Virus record (IMG/VR): IMGVR_UViG_3300030331_006276
Source: a virus
Strand: one strand, 5' to 3'
Length of the DNA stretch: 64,000 nt
Position numbers and translations under genes: made by a program. Positions 1-10,422 of this stretch are shown here, piece after piece; the stretch's first letter is position 1; each line of letters begins with the position of its first letter. The notes beneath the pieces were generated by a model. The model was not told the DNA's origin, searched no databases, and was given only the letters and a program-made list of their open reading frames with translations.

Positions 1-1458
1 ATTAGATCCGGTCTATCTACATTTACAAATGGGTTTACTGGAAGAGGTGATCTACCAGATACGCCCAGCACATGGACGAGTTTTCCAACTTCTGCTTATA
101 ATATCTTCTTTAGATATTTTAATCCTTATCAAGGATTAAAAGAACCTTCGAACTTTTTAGAAGTAGATTATAGAAGACCAGAAGGATTTACAATAGATGC
201 TGATGTTAAAGAAGGTGCATATTTTAAGTTTTCAGATAGTGAAACGCTTGTTGATCCTACTAGTGCTACTGATATAGGTACATCTAATATTTCAGATTTA
301 AGTTCTTATGCGAGTAGTACTGCTCAATTTTATTTCTCTGAGTTGACTGAAGGTGGTATTGGTGAGTTTAATTCTACACCTCCATATCCAACATCTTTTC
401 CTAATAAGACTATTTTTACAGCGTTGTGTGATCCAACAGATAATTTTACGAAGAGCTTATCTGGTAATTTTAGCTTTAATGTTCGTTTATCTGGAACAAA
501 CGGAGTGAAAGATTATGATGGTGGCTTCTTTACTGATAATATCATATTTAATTATACGCAAGATAGAGAACAATTTGAATTTAATTCAAGTGTCTTTGAA
601 AAAACTTCTATATCTAATGTTACTTCAGCTCGAGAAGCGTTTTTTGATAAGCAAGATCATCTAGGTAAAATATATGTTAAAAATATAAATAAAGCTCCAG
701 CTGCGCCTGCTGTTAGAGAATTAACACAATCCTTACCGTATCTATCTACAAAATATAATAAATCAATCTGCAATGAGCTTTCAACAGCAGTTGTTGATTT
801 TGATATCTTTTACAGTACTCTTTTTATTGAAACAAGCAGTCACGTTATAATTGAGAGAACTAATTACGATAACGATAAATTTAAAACTCCAAATACATTT
901 ACTAACTCTTTAACTATCAATACTAACTTTTTTGATAAAGCAAGTAATCGATTAAAAGTAGGCGATGATGTTTTCTATTGTAGAATGAAAAGAGAGCAAG
1001 TTGGTTATAAAGGAGATAGATTTTATCCAGAAATTTACCGATATAGTTATACAAAGGACGAAAGTGAGCAAATATACCCTACGACCGGTAACCCTGCTAT
1101 TTCTTCTGCGGCATATTTTGCTTTAACAGCTGAAGACTCAGTATATATAGAATGTAGTAAGCCAATACTAACTTATAGTAGTGATAACGAGCAGTTTAAC
1201 CTCGCTGTTATTTTAAAAGATCAAAATAAAGGACCAGTTTTATTTAACTATCTCTTTCAATATAAAAACGATATTGAAATTTGTAATACAGAAGCATATA
1301 TTTGTAATAATAGTAGATTTACTTTTAATTTTACTCAATCAGCAAAAAATATACGTAACTTAGATAATATTAATTTTGTATTATCTTCTACGGTACCTGC
1401 TTTAACAACAACATTTGTAGAGCCATCACCTCTATCTGCAGCAGCTTTAATACTATGA
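1..1458 (+). CDS. Virion structural (tail/baseplate region) protein, 5'-truncated by the window edge
   Basis: Frame 1 is open from base 1 (IRSGLSTFTNGFTGRG...) into the track ORF 343..1458, so the track's TTG start at 343 is not the real start. S/T/N/F-rich, upstream of tail fibre genes. Function is from context only. Confidence 0.55.
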   Translation: MRSGLSTFTNGFTGRGDLPDTPSTWTSFPTSAYNIFFRYFNPYQGLKEPSNFLEVDYRRPEGFTIDADVKEGAYFKFSDSETLVDPTSATDIGTSNISDLSSYASSTAQFYFSELTEGGIGEFNSTPPYPTSFPNKTIFTALCDPTDNFTKSLSGNFSFNVRLSGTNGVKDYDGGFFTDNIIFNYTQDREQFEFNSSVFEKTSISNVTSAREAFFDKQDHLGKIYVKNINKAPAAPAVRELTQSLPYLSTKYNKSICNELSTAVVDFDIFYSTLFIETSSHVIIERTNYDNDKFKTPNTFTNSLTINTNFFDKASNRLKVGDDVFYCRMKREQVGYKGDRFYPEIYRYSYTKDESEQIYPTTGNPAISSAAYFALTAEDSVYIECSKPILTYSSDNEQFNLAVILKDQNKGPVLFNYLFQYKNDIEICNTEAYICNNSRFTFNFTQSAKNIRNLDNINFVLSSTVPALTTTFVEPSPLSAAALIL

Positions 1459-2021
1459 ACACATTTACATTTTCTATATCTACAACCTCAGCAGAAATTA
1501 GTAAAGTTTATGAAACTACCAATCTCTTTGATATAACTAATTTTAAATTAAATTTAGTAGATGTATTTACTGATACATTTCCTAATTATGTTGCAATTGA
1601 TTGGGGCGACGGAACTGAAGTATTAGAACCTGATGTTACTATTTTTCGTGATTATACAAAAGATTCTATTTTCCCAGAAATTAATAAAGGAGTTGCGCCG
1701 AAATATTTAACTGATACATATAGTCATATATACGAACCATCAAACTTTGCATTAAATAAATCTGTTATTTTAAAAGTCAATATAGGCTATGTAACAGGTG
1801 AAACTACTCAATTGAGTGCTCCAATAAATATTCGTACTAATGGCTACTACCAGTCTATAGAAGATATAGATTTAATTGGATTAGATCTCCTTAATAAAGC
1901 TGATAACCCATCTAGATTTACTTTTCTTACTAAAAAGGATGATTATATAGTACAAATGGATAATGATCAATTTAAAGAAGACCCTTCTAAAGGTGGTGCA
2001 GGTGGAGTTGGGCAATACTAG
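1455..2021 (+). CDS. Hypothetical structural protein with PKD-like motif
   Basis: 188 aa; IDWGDGT...HIY is the typical PKD/Ig-like WGDG signature; ATGA overlap with the upstream gene. Confidence 0.55.
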   Translation: MNTFTFSISTTSAEISKVYETTNLFDITNFKLNLVDVFTDTFPNYVAIDWGDGTEVLEPDVTIFRDYTKDSIFPEINKGVAPKYLTDTYSHIYEPSNFALNKSVILKVNIGYVTGETTQLSAPINIRTNGYYQSIEDIDLIGLDLLNKADNPSRFTFLTKKDDYIVQMDNDQFKEDPSKGGAGGVGQY

Positions 2022-2042
2022 TATATAGCATAAATATTGTTA

Positions 2043-4421
2043 ATGGGATCTTTAGTAAAATCTAGTCTAAGTGCACTTAGCTCTGCAGAGGCTAGCTTTT
2101 GTCCAATGAATATTGAATTAGATCAATTTCCTAGGACATTTAATGGCGGTTTTAAGATAAATTTCATACAGGCTCTTTCAGGTGCGCAAAGCTTTAAGAA
2201 TTTAAACTATACAAATTTTTATCTTACAGATAATGTACTGTTAGATAGTGTTACTACTTATAATGCGCCAAAAATAAAACCCGATAAATATACAACAACG
2301 TTAAATTTTGGATTTAGTGCTTCTGCTTTTTGCAAATTTAAACAAGCTTCTTTAAGTACGTTTAAAATAGAAAATAAAATTTTTGAAGCTGAAAACTACG
2401 GTACAGCATCAATTGATTCAGTTAGTGGTGATATTTTTGAAATAGAATTGATTGATGATTTTAATTGTAGGGTTGCAACTCGTGTTAATAATATAAGATA
2501 TTTTCTCGTTGTTGAAGATGATAACGAAGCAGGATTTAAAGATACTCGAGATGTTTTATTTGTTTCAGAAAGTCAATTACCTCTTTCAGGATTTAATTTA
2601 AATTACAACTTATGTAAATATACTTCAATAAGTTATCTTAATTTATATTCAACAAAGCAGAAGGGCAGTACGCGTATAGTTTATGCTTTAACTAGTAACG
2701 GTAATAAAGTTGTTGCTACAAAACTTGACCCATCAAAAAATTATAATGAGTTTGTAGTTACAAATTTTAGTATAAGGCTTGATCAAGAATTAAACTTAAC
2801 CATACCATCGCCTTACAATACATCTTATATAACATATAACGAAAGTGGTAAAATAAGAGATACAAAAAGTGATTTTAATTTACCATCAAATTATTTGCTG
2901 TTTAGTTCAAGTGATAATGATAAGCAAGTTTTTGATTTTCTTACTTTAAAGAATATAGTTAATACACAAGATTCTTTTACATCATCAAATAATTTATTAT
3001 CTACTTCTGAAACACCTATATTCGCGCAAAATTTAAGAACATATACGAGTATCTTTACTGATATTGATAGTGAAAAAAATGAAACTTTAGCATTAAATTA
3101 TGTTTATAATAATTATGACTTAGTTATTAAACCTGGAACAACACATTTTACTACGCCTTCGTCTCTTCAACCTTTTGATAAAATTAATATTAATGATACT
3201 AAATTTGCAGATTGTGGATCATTTTCATTTATTGCACCAGATTTATCTGACCGTGTATATAATTTAGATGATGATACCGTACAAAGTGAAGATGTAACTT
3301 ATCTTTGCACTTGGTTATCGGGCGGTATAGGTACTCGTGGAACGTGGGTTGATAGATATTATTATCCTGATTTAGTTTCTAAAGAAACAGCCTTAGGTGG
3401 AGTTGCTTCATTTAATATAACATATGATCAAGCAGTTGAAAACTTAATAATGACTAATTCTAGTCTTAAGAGTTCTGTTACACAAAAATATTATTTTGAT
3501 AAAAGAAGTGATCTTGTTTTTGAGCCATCAAAAAGATACAAGTATGTTAGAATTGCAAAAGAAAATTTTGCTATGAAGACACCTACTAATTTTTGTGATA
3601 TATCAATTATAGATGAAAAAATTAATAATTATTTTTCTTCAATAAATGAAAACGGTGGTTTTGGTTTAGGGTTTACGATACAAAATGATACAGATGATTT
3701 TTATTTAGAATCAGAATTTAATTCAATACACGGTGGTATATATTTTGAAAAGAGTGGTAAAAATTGTAAGTTAATTTATAGACTATTTGATAATAGTACT
3801 GAAGGTATAAGCTTATCAGCAAGAATAGATCAAACTACATATGAATATGCTTTTGAAATAGATTTATTCGAACAAAATAATATCTTTATATCTTTTGATG
3901 CTGTTTTAGGTGAATTTAGATTATATTTAAATTCGAATGAATTATATACATTTGAAATTAATGCTTTTCAAATGTTTACAAAGCGATTGCTTTTTGGAGA
4001 TATTTTTATCTATTATAATGATAATAATAATGTGCAGCAGAATATTGAAATATTGCGTAATGCAGCTAGTGATCCAGAAGATAGAATTGCAATAGATAAT
4101 TTATATCTTTCTTTAGAACCATTAAATGAAAATGAAAGATTAGCATTTTTGTTTAGTACAAATATTAATAATATACAAGATATAACTTTATCACTACCAT
4201 GTGGTCAGAGAAATTTAACAGATAATATTCAATTAGTTAATTCTATTAATACTAATCTTAAACATAAGAGTAATGAAGTGGATATTAATATTAAAAATTT
4301 AAATATATCAGATAAAGATATTCGGGAAGAAGTAAAAAATATAGTTATAACTAATATTAAAAACTCTATACCGGAAACAGCTAATATTAATGAGATTAAA
4401 TTTATAGATTATAAAAAATGA
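2043..4421 (+). CDS. Large virion structural protein (baseplate/tail region), function unknown
   Basis: Long ORF; start moved from TTG 2037 to ATG 2043, which lies 6 nt after TAAATA (2031-2036) like other late genes. Confidence 0.55.
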   Translation: MGSLVKSSLSALSSAEASFCPMNIELDQFPRTFNGGFKINFIQALSGAQSFKNLNYTNFYLTDNVLLDSVTTYNAPKIKPDKYTTTLNFGFSASAFCKFKQASLSTFKIENKIFEAENYGTASIDSVSGDIFEIELIDDFNCRVATRVNNIRYFLVVEDDNEAGFKDTRDVLFVSESQLPLSGFNLNYNLCKYTSISYLNLYSTKQKGSTRIVYALTSNGNKVVATKLDPSKNYNEFVVTNFSIRLDQELNLTIPSPYNTSYITYNESGKIRDTKSDFNLPSNYLLFSSSDNDKQVFDFLTLKNIVNTQDSFTSSNNLLSTSETPIFAQNLRTYTSIFTDIDSEKNETLALNYVYNNYDLVIKPGTTHFTTPSSLQPFDKININDTKFADCGSFSFIAPDLSDRVYNLDDDTVQSEDVTYLCTWLSGGIGTRGTWVDRYYYPDLVSKETALGGVASFNITYDQAVENLIMTNSSLKSSVTQKYYFDKRSDLVFEPSKRYKYVRIAKENFAMKTPTNFCDISIIDEKINNYFSSINENGGFGLGFTIQNDTDDFYLESEFNSIHGGIYFEKSGKNCKLIYRLFDNSTEGISLSARIDQTTYEYAFEIDLFEQNNIFISFDAVLGEFRLYLNSNELYTFEINAFQMFTKRLLFGDIFIYYNDNNNVQQNIEILRNAASDPEDRIAIDNLYLSLEPLNENERLAFLFSTNINNIQDITLSLPCGQRNLTDNIQLVNSINTNLKHKSNEVDINIKNLNISDKDIREEVKNIVITNIKNSIPETANINEIKFIDYKK

Positions 4422-6451
4422 TTGAATATTTTAAATATACAGCAGCTGGATCGTTTACATTAAGTGGAGCTTCGTATTCTGGTTTTGTAAACGTTAGAGA
4501 TGGCGTAGCATATACCGGTAAAACTTTTACTCAAAATTCTAGTATTTTACAATCTTTAAATACGTTTTTTGCAAATAGTGTTTTAAATAAATTAGAATTT
4601 GATAGAACAACGACACCAACAAATGAAAGAGATATATTAACTAAACCGGTTGTATCGCCTAGAAGCGTAATAGATCAATCTTTCGTTGATACAAACTTAG
4701 GTATTTTAAATAAAAATAATTTAAATTTATATGCATTAAATATTACTTCGCGTAATGATTTATTAAACTTTAAAAATTCAGCAAAAAATGGTGATGCATA
4801 CTTTTTAGGATTATCTAGTGGTAAAAATGATATACGAAACAACGATACGAAGCAAGCAAAAGATAATTTGTTTCCTATTCAAATTGACCCATTTAGTTTT
4901 ATTGATAAGGTACCTGGTGTAAGTGTATTAGATGATACAATTGATAGTACTTTGTTTGTATACAACGATGAGACATATTTTTATTTTACTACTACACCTA
5001 CAACGTCACATACTTTCTCAGGCAGCTTTACCAAAAATAGTAGTTTAGTACCAATAACACCTGATGAAGATACAGGTGAAACATTATTTAAAGGTGGTAC
5101 GAGATTTACATATGATAACTCAACAGATATTTTATATAGTTTATCAGCTGGTACAAATGAAATTGATCTGAATCTTTATGATAACAGTTTTATTAATCCG
5201 TGTGGTAAATTAAAACTTGTTGATAAAATAACATTAGAAGAAAATATTATAGATGAAACTGTTAAGATAGGAAAAAATTTACTAGGTTATCGATATAATG
5301 AAGTAGATAGTGAAGAGGGTATCGATACTACGTTTATTTCTATAAGAAATAAATATTCTAATAAATTAATTAAAACAATAACGACAATAGAGGATGAAGA
5401 TATAATTGCTTTCGATATTAGGGACTCAGATGATTCAATATTAGTTATAACTGAGCCTGGACAAGCTCCTCCGGATATAATTGAGCAAAGTACAAGCAGT
5501 GAAGGTATATTTTATTTATATCAATTAGATGCAGAAAGAATAGTTGATTTAGGCCCTGAATTAAATCCGAAAATTATTTATAGACATAGACCTTCATATG
5601 ATTTTACATCAGTAAATGAAGATGATATTGATATCTTCTTTTCACAAAATGATTCAAATATTTTTATTATTAACGATAGGGGATTTATAACAACAAGATT
5701 TATTTCTAATCCAGCAGAAGTTTCAGGATTTGCAGATCCGAATAATTTGCAATATCTATCTGATATGTATTTTGATAATACAAGTGAGCGTTTTAATCTA
5801 ATCGAAAAGAAATTTAATTCTAATATACTTAGATCAAACTATTTTAATTATATAAACTATATAGTAGCAAAAAATGATACAGATTTATTCTTTTTATTAC
5901 ATAATATAGGTCGTATATATTTGTTTAAAGAAAGTAGTTTATTATATCAAAATTTTGTACCTTTAGATCTTAAAAATTTATATGAAAAAATTATAAGTTG
6001 TGAATCAAGCTTAGGAAGTTCTTTGAATAGTGAGATACAAAATATTGTTAAAGATACTGTAAATATATTTTTGAGCCTTAGTCTTATACCAGCTCCGGCA
6101 TTAATAGATAATATACCTATACTAAGAAATTATATAACATATAAAGGGTTAGATATTAATTTTAGAGATATAGAGTTTCATGAAAATGAAGCAGTAGACT
6201 ATAATGTTATTTCTCGTGTAATAAATGAACTTTTTGAACTTCAGCAACAAGTTTTAAATAGTATAGTAGATAAATCTGTAGTATTAGAAGAAGAACCAGA
6301 AGATGACTTTGCTGGTGAAATTGTTATAGGTGAGGTTGATTTTAGTGAGTTAAATCCTGCTAGTACAGGGTCAAGTAATACGACACCTCCCCCGCCGCCT
6401 CCACAGAGTCCGCAGAACTTCCGACCTAGTAGTGGTTCTACTGGTTACTAG
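4418..6451 (+). CDS. Hypothetical virion protein with Pro-rich C-terminal tail
   Basis: 677 aa, ATGA-coupled to the previous gene; ends in NTTPPPPPPQSPQ. Confidence 0.5.
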   Translation: MIEYFKYTAAGSFTLSGASYSGFVNVRDGVAYTGKTFTQNSSILQSLNTFFANSVLNKLEFDRTTTPTNERDILTKPVVSPRSVIDQSFVDTNLGILNKNNLNLYALNITSRNDLLNFKNSAKNGDAYFLGLSSGKNDIRNNDTKQAKDNLFPIQIDPFSFIDKVPGVSVLDDTIDSTLFVYNDETYFYFTTTPTTSHTFSGSFTKNSSLVPITPDEDTGETLFKGGTRFTYDNSTDILYSLSAGTNEIDLNLYDNSFINPCGKLKLVDKITLEENIIDETVKIGKNLLGYRYNEVDSEEGIDTTFISIRNKYSNKLIKTITTIEDEDIIAFDIRDSDDSILVITEPGQAPPDIIEQSTSSEGIFYLYQLDAERIVDLGPELNPKIIYRHRPSYDFTSVNEDDIDIFFSQNDSNIFIINDRGFITTRFISNPAEVSGFADPNNLQYLSDMYFDNTSERFNLIEKKFNSNILRSNYFNYINYIVAKNDTDLFFLLHNIGRIYLFKESSLLYQNFVPLDLKNLYEKIISCESSLGSSLNSEIQNIVKDTVNIFLSLSLIPAPALIDNIPILRNYITYKGLDINFRDIEFHENEAVDYNVISRVINELFELQQQVLNSIVDKSVVLEEEPEDDFAGEIVIGEVDFSELNPASTGSSNTTPPPPPPQSPQNFRPSSGSTGY

Positions 6452-6453
6452 GA

Positions 6454-6465
6454 TAAATATAAATA
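6454..6465 (+). promoter_or_regulatory. T4-type late promoter (TAAATA/TATAAATA)
   Basis: GATAAATATAAATA directly before ATG 6466; gp55 is encoded in this window. Confidence 0.7.
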
Positions 6466-9288
6466 ATGCCTGAGAGTCTTACACAGCAACGTATATCAGA
6501 TCAATATACATCATTACTACATGTAAGTGGTGGTGATATTAGTTCTTCGGATCAGCGTAGTATAGGTGGTGAAGCAAAAATTGCAAAAGTGTATGATGGT
6601 GCGGGTAACGTTACTGGTATATCTTTAAGTTCAGTAGATGATAGATTTGTAATTAATAATTATGCTGAACCAGTTGGTTTCTCATATCAAACAGAATGGT
6701 TAGATGCTTTTTTTCCTATAAACGTCATAATAATGACAACAAATTTTGAGAATCCAGAAAAGAGAATAAAGGGAACGAAATGGATTTTACAATCTGAAGG
6801 GTTATTTGCAGTAGGCGCAGGAACTCATACAGATAAAAATGAAGATACATTTACGTTTACACCTGGAGGCATAAAACAAAAAGATCCAGAAAATTTAAAA
6901 AATGGGGATTTAGCAGGAGAATATAGAGCTGGTATAAAGTTAGAAGATTTACCTAACCATACACATAGTACAGATACTAGAACAGAAATAGTACCTGAAG
7001 GAAAAGAAGGTGAAGGTACTAATGTAGGTTTTATATTTTATTTTGGTGATAGTATTAACCCGCAACAATTAATAGGTGATGATGCGCGTTATTTAGATAG
7101 TGATGCAATTGTTGCATTTCAAAATAATACTAGATATAAAGATATACTTAATTATCGTGATCATATAATTAGGGAAAATCACAATGCTGGAAAAGTATAT
7201 ACAGATGCTGATTTTGATCCAAAATACGGAAGTCAAAGCTTGAGAGGGTGGGCTCAACCATCAGCAGGCGGTCCTGGGTGGGGCGGAATACTTAATGTTT
7301 CTGGGAAGTTTATTGGTAATAGTCCAAGGCCGGTGGGTGTTAGATGGGTGTTTCAAGATACAGAATATTTTATTACTCAAGCTATATTTGACCCACGTAC
7401 ACAAAGTAGAGTACACCCAGGTCGTTTTTCTGATGCAGATCTAATTAAAGCTCGAGATTTTATTATAGGTGTTCTTGGTGTTGAAGAAGCTCAAAAAGCT
7501 TTAAGTTCGGTAAATAGATTAATAGAATTAAATGCATTGCCAGAGCAAGCTGAATTTGGTGAAAATTTATACTATGGATTAGTTCCGGGTTCAAGGATTG
7601 TACAATCAACAACAACAGGTCAATATGTAGGTCATAATAATATACCACCTAGCTTTCCAGTATATTTCTGGAGGCGCGTTCCTTTAGATTTTGTTGGTAA
7701 TATTCCTCCTGTAGAACGACCTCGTGCTGACTTACCTTTAGAACTTATCATAACAACAAATCAAAAGTCTACTAAAGATAATATTTTTAATTTAAATGCA
7801 TGGGCTATTGATAATGGATGGGATGGGCAATCACCGTGTAGGATTATTATAGATGAGGGTGTTTATATATATTCTGATGATCCAGATAACGTTAAAGTAC
7901 CGGGTATGCTAATTGATCAATTTCCTGGAGGTTTAACGCTAATAAATAACGGATTTATTATGGGCAGAGGTGGTAACGGTGGTTCATTTTATGCTGATGG
8001 ACAAGACGGAGGTGATGCTATACATGTTATAGGGAATACTGAAATTATTATCGATAATACTAACGGTGCTATCGGTGGCGGTGGTGGTGGTGGTTCTGCT
8101 TCAAAAGAAGGCGAATCAGGAGGAGGTGGTGGCGCTGGTGGTGGTTGGGGCGGTACAGCGTCAATTTTTCAATTTCCAGAATATAATTTTGGTGATGGAG
8201 ATGGAAGTATAGTAGATGTGAGTTTACAAAGAGGCACTATGGTTGGTAGTGGAAGAGGTCGCAACGATATATGGAGAGCTACTGCAGCTGGTGGAGCTGG
8301 GGGTGAGCCTGGACAGTTAGGTGGACATGGCCGATGGTATAATAAATTTACTAGTTCGTACTCATTACAATTATTTAAAGCTGCTGGTGATGTAGTAACT
8401 ATTGGCTGGGGTCCACTATTTCCTTTATTACCAGGTGTTGGTGGTGAAGCTGGAGGAAGCGGTGCGCATGGAAGAAGTAGAAACGGTATTGATGATCAAG
8501 GATCAGGTGGTGGTGGAGGTCGTATATTAACATCTACTGCTTTTGGTGGTGGTACGGGAGGCATGCCAGGTGAACCTTTTGGAGCTATAGATGCAGACGG
8601 TAATTTAAGAACTACAGGACCAGAGTGGAATAATATTGCGCCGGCAAATAACGGTTCAGTAAATGTTGAAACTATACCGAGACCGGGTAGATCTAGACCT
8701 AGAATAATTGAAACGTATATAACAGCATATAATAGTAGTCAGCCATTTGTTGGTTGGAACTCAGGTTACACTTTAACTAACAGAAATGGATTTGGGTCTG
8801 GACCAAATCGTGCTATTGGTCCACACTGGCATGCGGATGGGGTGGGTGGTTTAAGGGGTATACCTTTCATTACAGCTGGTGTAAATAAGCCGGGGAGAGG
8901 TTCACATACATCACAGCGTGTAACTACCTTTTTAGACTACAATGGATTTTCTTATCTTTCACCAACCGGTTGGGATGGATTTAATCATAGATCCGCTCTC
9001 GTAAGAGGCGGTAGTACTAATCTTCCTGGTGTATATGAACTAGCTCCAGAGCGTTATGTTGGTGGTAGATCCAAAAAGTTTGATCTTCATAATGATCGTT
9101 GGGCAGAAGAAGTTAGTGCAGGAGGTGGAGGCTGGGGCGCACCGGGCGGTCAAGCGTATGGTGTAAGTAATCCAAGAAAACCTGGAGCTGGTGGTCTTTC
9201 TATAAAAGCTACAGCTGGTAAAGTTACGATAATGAACGGATTAATATATGGTAATGTTGAAGGAAATGTAAATGTAATGCGCACATGA
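6466..9288 (+). CDS. Tail fibre/baseplate protein: gp10-C-like N-half fused to a gp38-like polyglycine adhesin
   Basis: N-half has FFP..NP..GTKW..EG.F.VG..GEY..LP.HTH..HNNIPP..VYFWRR; C-half has GRGGNGG..DGGDAI..GAIGGGGGGG..GGGGWGAPG..IYG, resembling T2/S16 gp38. Confidence 0.7.
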   Translation: MPESLTQQRISDQYTSLLHVSGGDISSSDQRSIGGEAKIAKVYDGAGNVTGISLSSVDDRFVINNYAEPVGFSYQTEWLDAFFPINVIIMTTNFENPEKRIKGTKWILQSEGLFAVGAGTHTDKNEDTFTFTPGGIKQKDPENLKNGDLAGEYRAGIKLEDLPNHTHSTDTRTEIVPEGKEGEGTNVGFIFYFGDSINPQQLIGDDARYLDSDAIVAFQNNTRYKDILNYRDHIIRENHNAGKVYTDADFDPKYGSQSLRGWAQPSAGGPGWGGILNVSGKFIGNSPRPVGVRWVFQDTEYFITQAIFDPRTQSRVHPGRFSDADLIKARDFIIGVLGVEEAQKALSSVNRLIELNALPEQAEFGENLYYGLVPGSRIVQSTTTGQYVGHNNIPPSFPVYFWRRVPLDFVGNIPPVERPRADLPLELIITTNQKSTKDNIFNLNAWAIDNGWDGQSPCRIIIDEGVYIYSDDPDNVKVPGMLIDQFPGGLTLINNGFIMGRGGNGGSFYADGQDGGDAIHVIGNTEIIIDNTNGAIGGGGGGGSASKEGESGGGGGAGGGWGGTASIFQFPEYNFGDGDGSIVDVSLQRGTMVGSGRGRNDIWRATAAGGAGGEPGQLGGHGRWYNKFTSSYSLQLFKAAGDVVTIGWGPLFPLLPGVGGEAGGSGAHGRSRNGIDDQGSGGGGGRILTSTAFGGGTGGMPGEPFGAIDADGNLRTTGPEWNNIAPANNGSVNVETIPRPGRSRPRIIETYITAYNSSQPFVGWNSGYTLTNRNGFGSGPNRAIGPHWHADGVGGLRGIPFITAGVNKPGRGSHTSQRVTTFLDYNGFSYLSPTGWDGFNHRSALVRGGSTNLPGVYELAPERYVGGRSKKFDLHNDRWAEEVSAGGGGWGAPGGQAYGVSNPRKPGAGGLSIKATAGKVTIMNGLIYGNVEGNVNVMRT

Positions 9289-9329
9289 TTTAGATAGTAT
9301 TTTCAAATTGTGACATAAATAATAGTAAT

Positions 9330-10415
9330 ATGCCAGAGAGTTTAACAAATCAATTTATATCTGATTTTTATACTTCTTTACTCCATTTAAGCGGAGCAGA
9401 GTTAGGAAATACTTTGAATAAAGTTTACGATGGTGTAGGTAACTCTACCGGTTTAGCTTTAAGTGGTAATCGCGTTGTAATTAATAATTACATATATCCT
9501 GAAGGTCCATTAGCAGAACCAACAGATTGGTTAGATGCTTTCTTTCCTGTAGGTTGTATCCAGTTAACATTTGATAATATTAATCCTCAAACTAGAATAG
9601 CTGGAACTGTATGGGAAATAGTTGCTGAAGGTAGATTTTTAGTGGGTGTTGGAGGACATACAGATAAAAATAATGATTTTCGAAAATTTTGTGATGAAGA
9701 TGCACCTAATTATCCAGAATCAGGTAATTTAGCAGGTGAATATTTAACAGAGCTTGGTATTGTAAATATGCCAGCACATACCCACACTACAAATGTAGGC
9801 TCAAATGACGTTTTTGTATCTACTGGTACATCTGTTGGTAATGGTCAACCTTTTTTTGCTACTGGTGTTGGTTTAGTTAACTCTACACAATCATTTACTG
9901 AACAACAACGTTCAAGAAATGCTTTAGGAGCTGCTAGTGGATGGAACTGGTTAAATTCGTTTGGTAATAGAACAGCAAATAATAATGACCCTCAAGATAT
10001 TATGAGAAGATCACTTGATCTTAATTTCCAATTAGGGTCTGCAGCAGCTTATAGTGCTACATTGAGAGCATTTTATTTAGAAAATACACAATTTCAATTT
10101 AAAGAAGTAGTTGGATTATGGAATGGTGAAACGCGTTTTGTCGCTAGTAAAGCACCATTAGGAGATGGTAGGGAATGGGAATTTAACGCATATAATTTTT
10201 GCTTGGAACGAGGCGCAGTAGATGTAGGTGTTGCACAAGCGGGTCAATTTGCTAATGAGGCTAACCCTGTAAGTACGTTATCAAGAAATAACCAACAAAT
10301 TAATTTTAATGAAGGATCCTCTAGTATAAGACAAACAACCGCAGTCGGTGAGGGAAAATCACATAATAACATACCTCCGTCTTATGGAGCGTATGTATGG
10401 AAAAGAATAGCATAA
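9330..10415 (+). CDS. Baseplate/tail fibre protein, paralog of the N-half of 6466..9288
   Basis: Same MPESLT.Q.ISD.YTSLLH.SG start, WLDAFFP, HTH and HNNIPPS..Y.WKRIA end; TAAATA at 9316-9321. Confidence 0.7.
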   Translation: MPESLTNQFISDFYTSLLHLSGAELGNTLNKVYDGVGNSTGLALSGNRVVINNYIYPEGPLAEPTDWLDAFFPVGCIQLTFDNINPQTRIAGTVWEIVAEGRFLVGVGGHTDKNNDFRKFCDEDAPNYPESGNLAGEYLTELGIVNMPAHTHTTNVGSNDVFVSTGTSVGNGQPFFATGVGLVNSTQSFTEQQRSRNALGAASGWNWLNSFGNRTANNNDPQDIMRRSLDLNFQLGSAAAYSATLRAFYLENTQFQFKEVVGLWNGETRFVASKAPLGDGREWEFNAYNFCLERGAVDVGVAQAGQFANEANPVSTLSRNNQQINFNEGSSSIRQTTAVGEGKSHNNIPPSYGAYVWKRIA

Positions 10416-10422
10416 AAAAATC

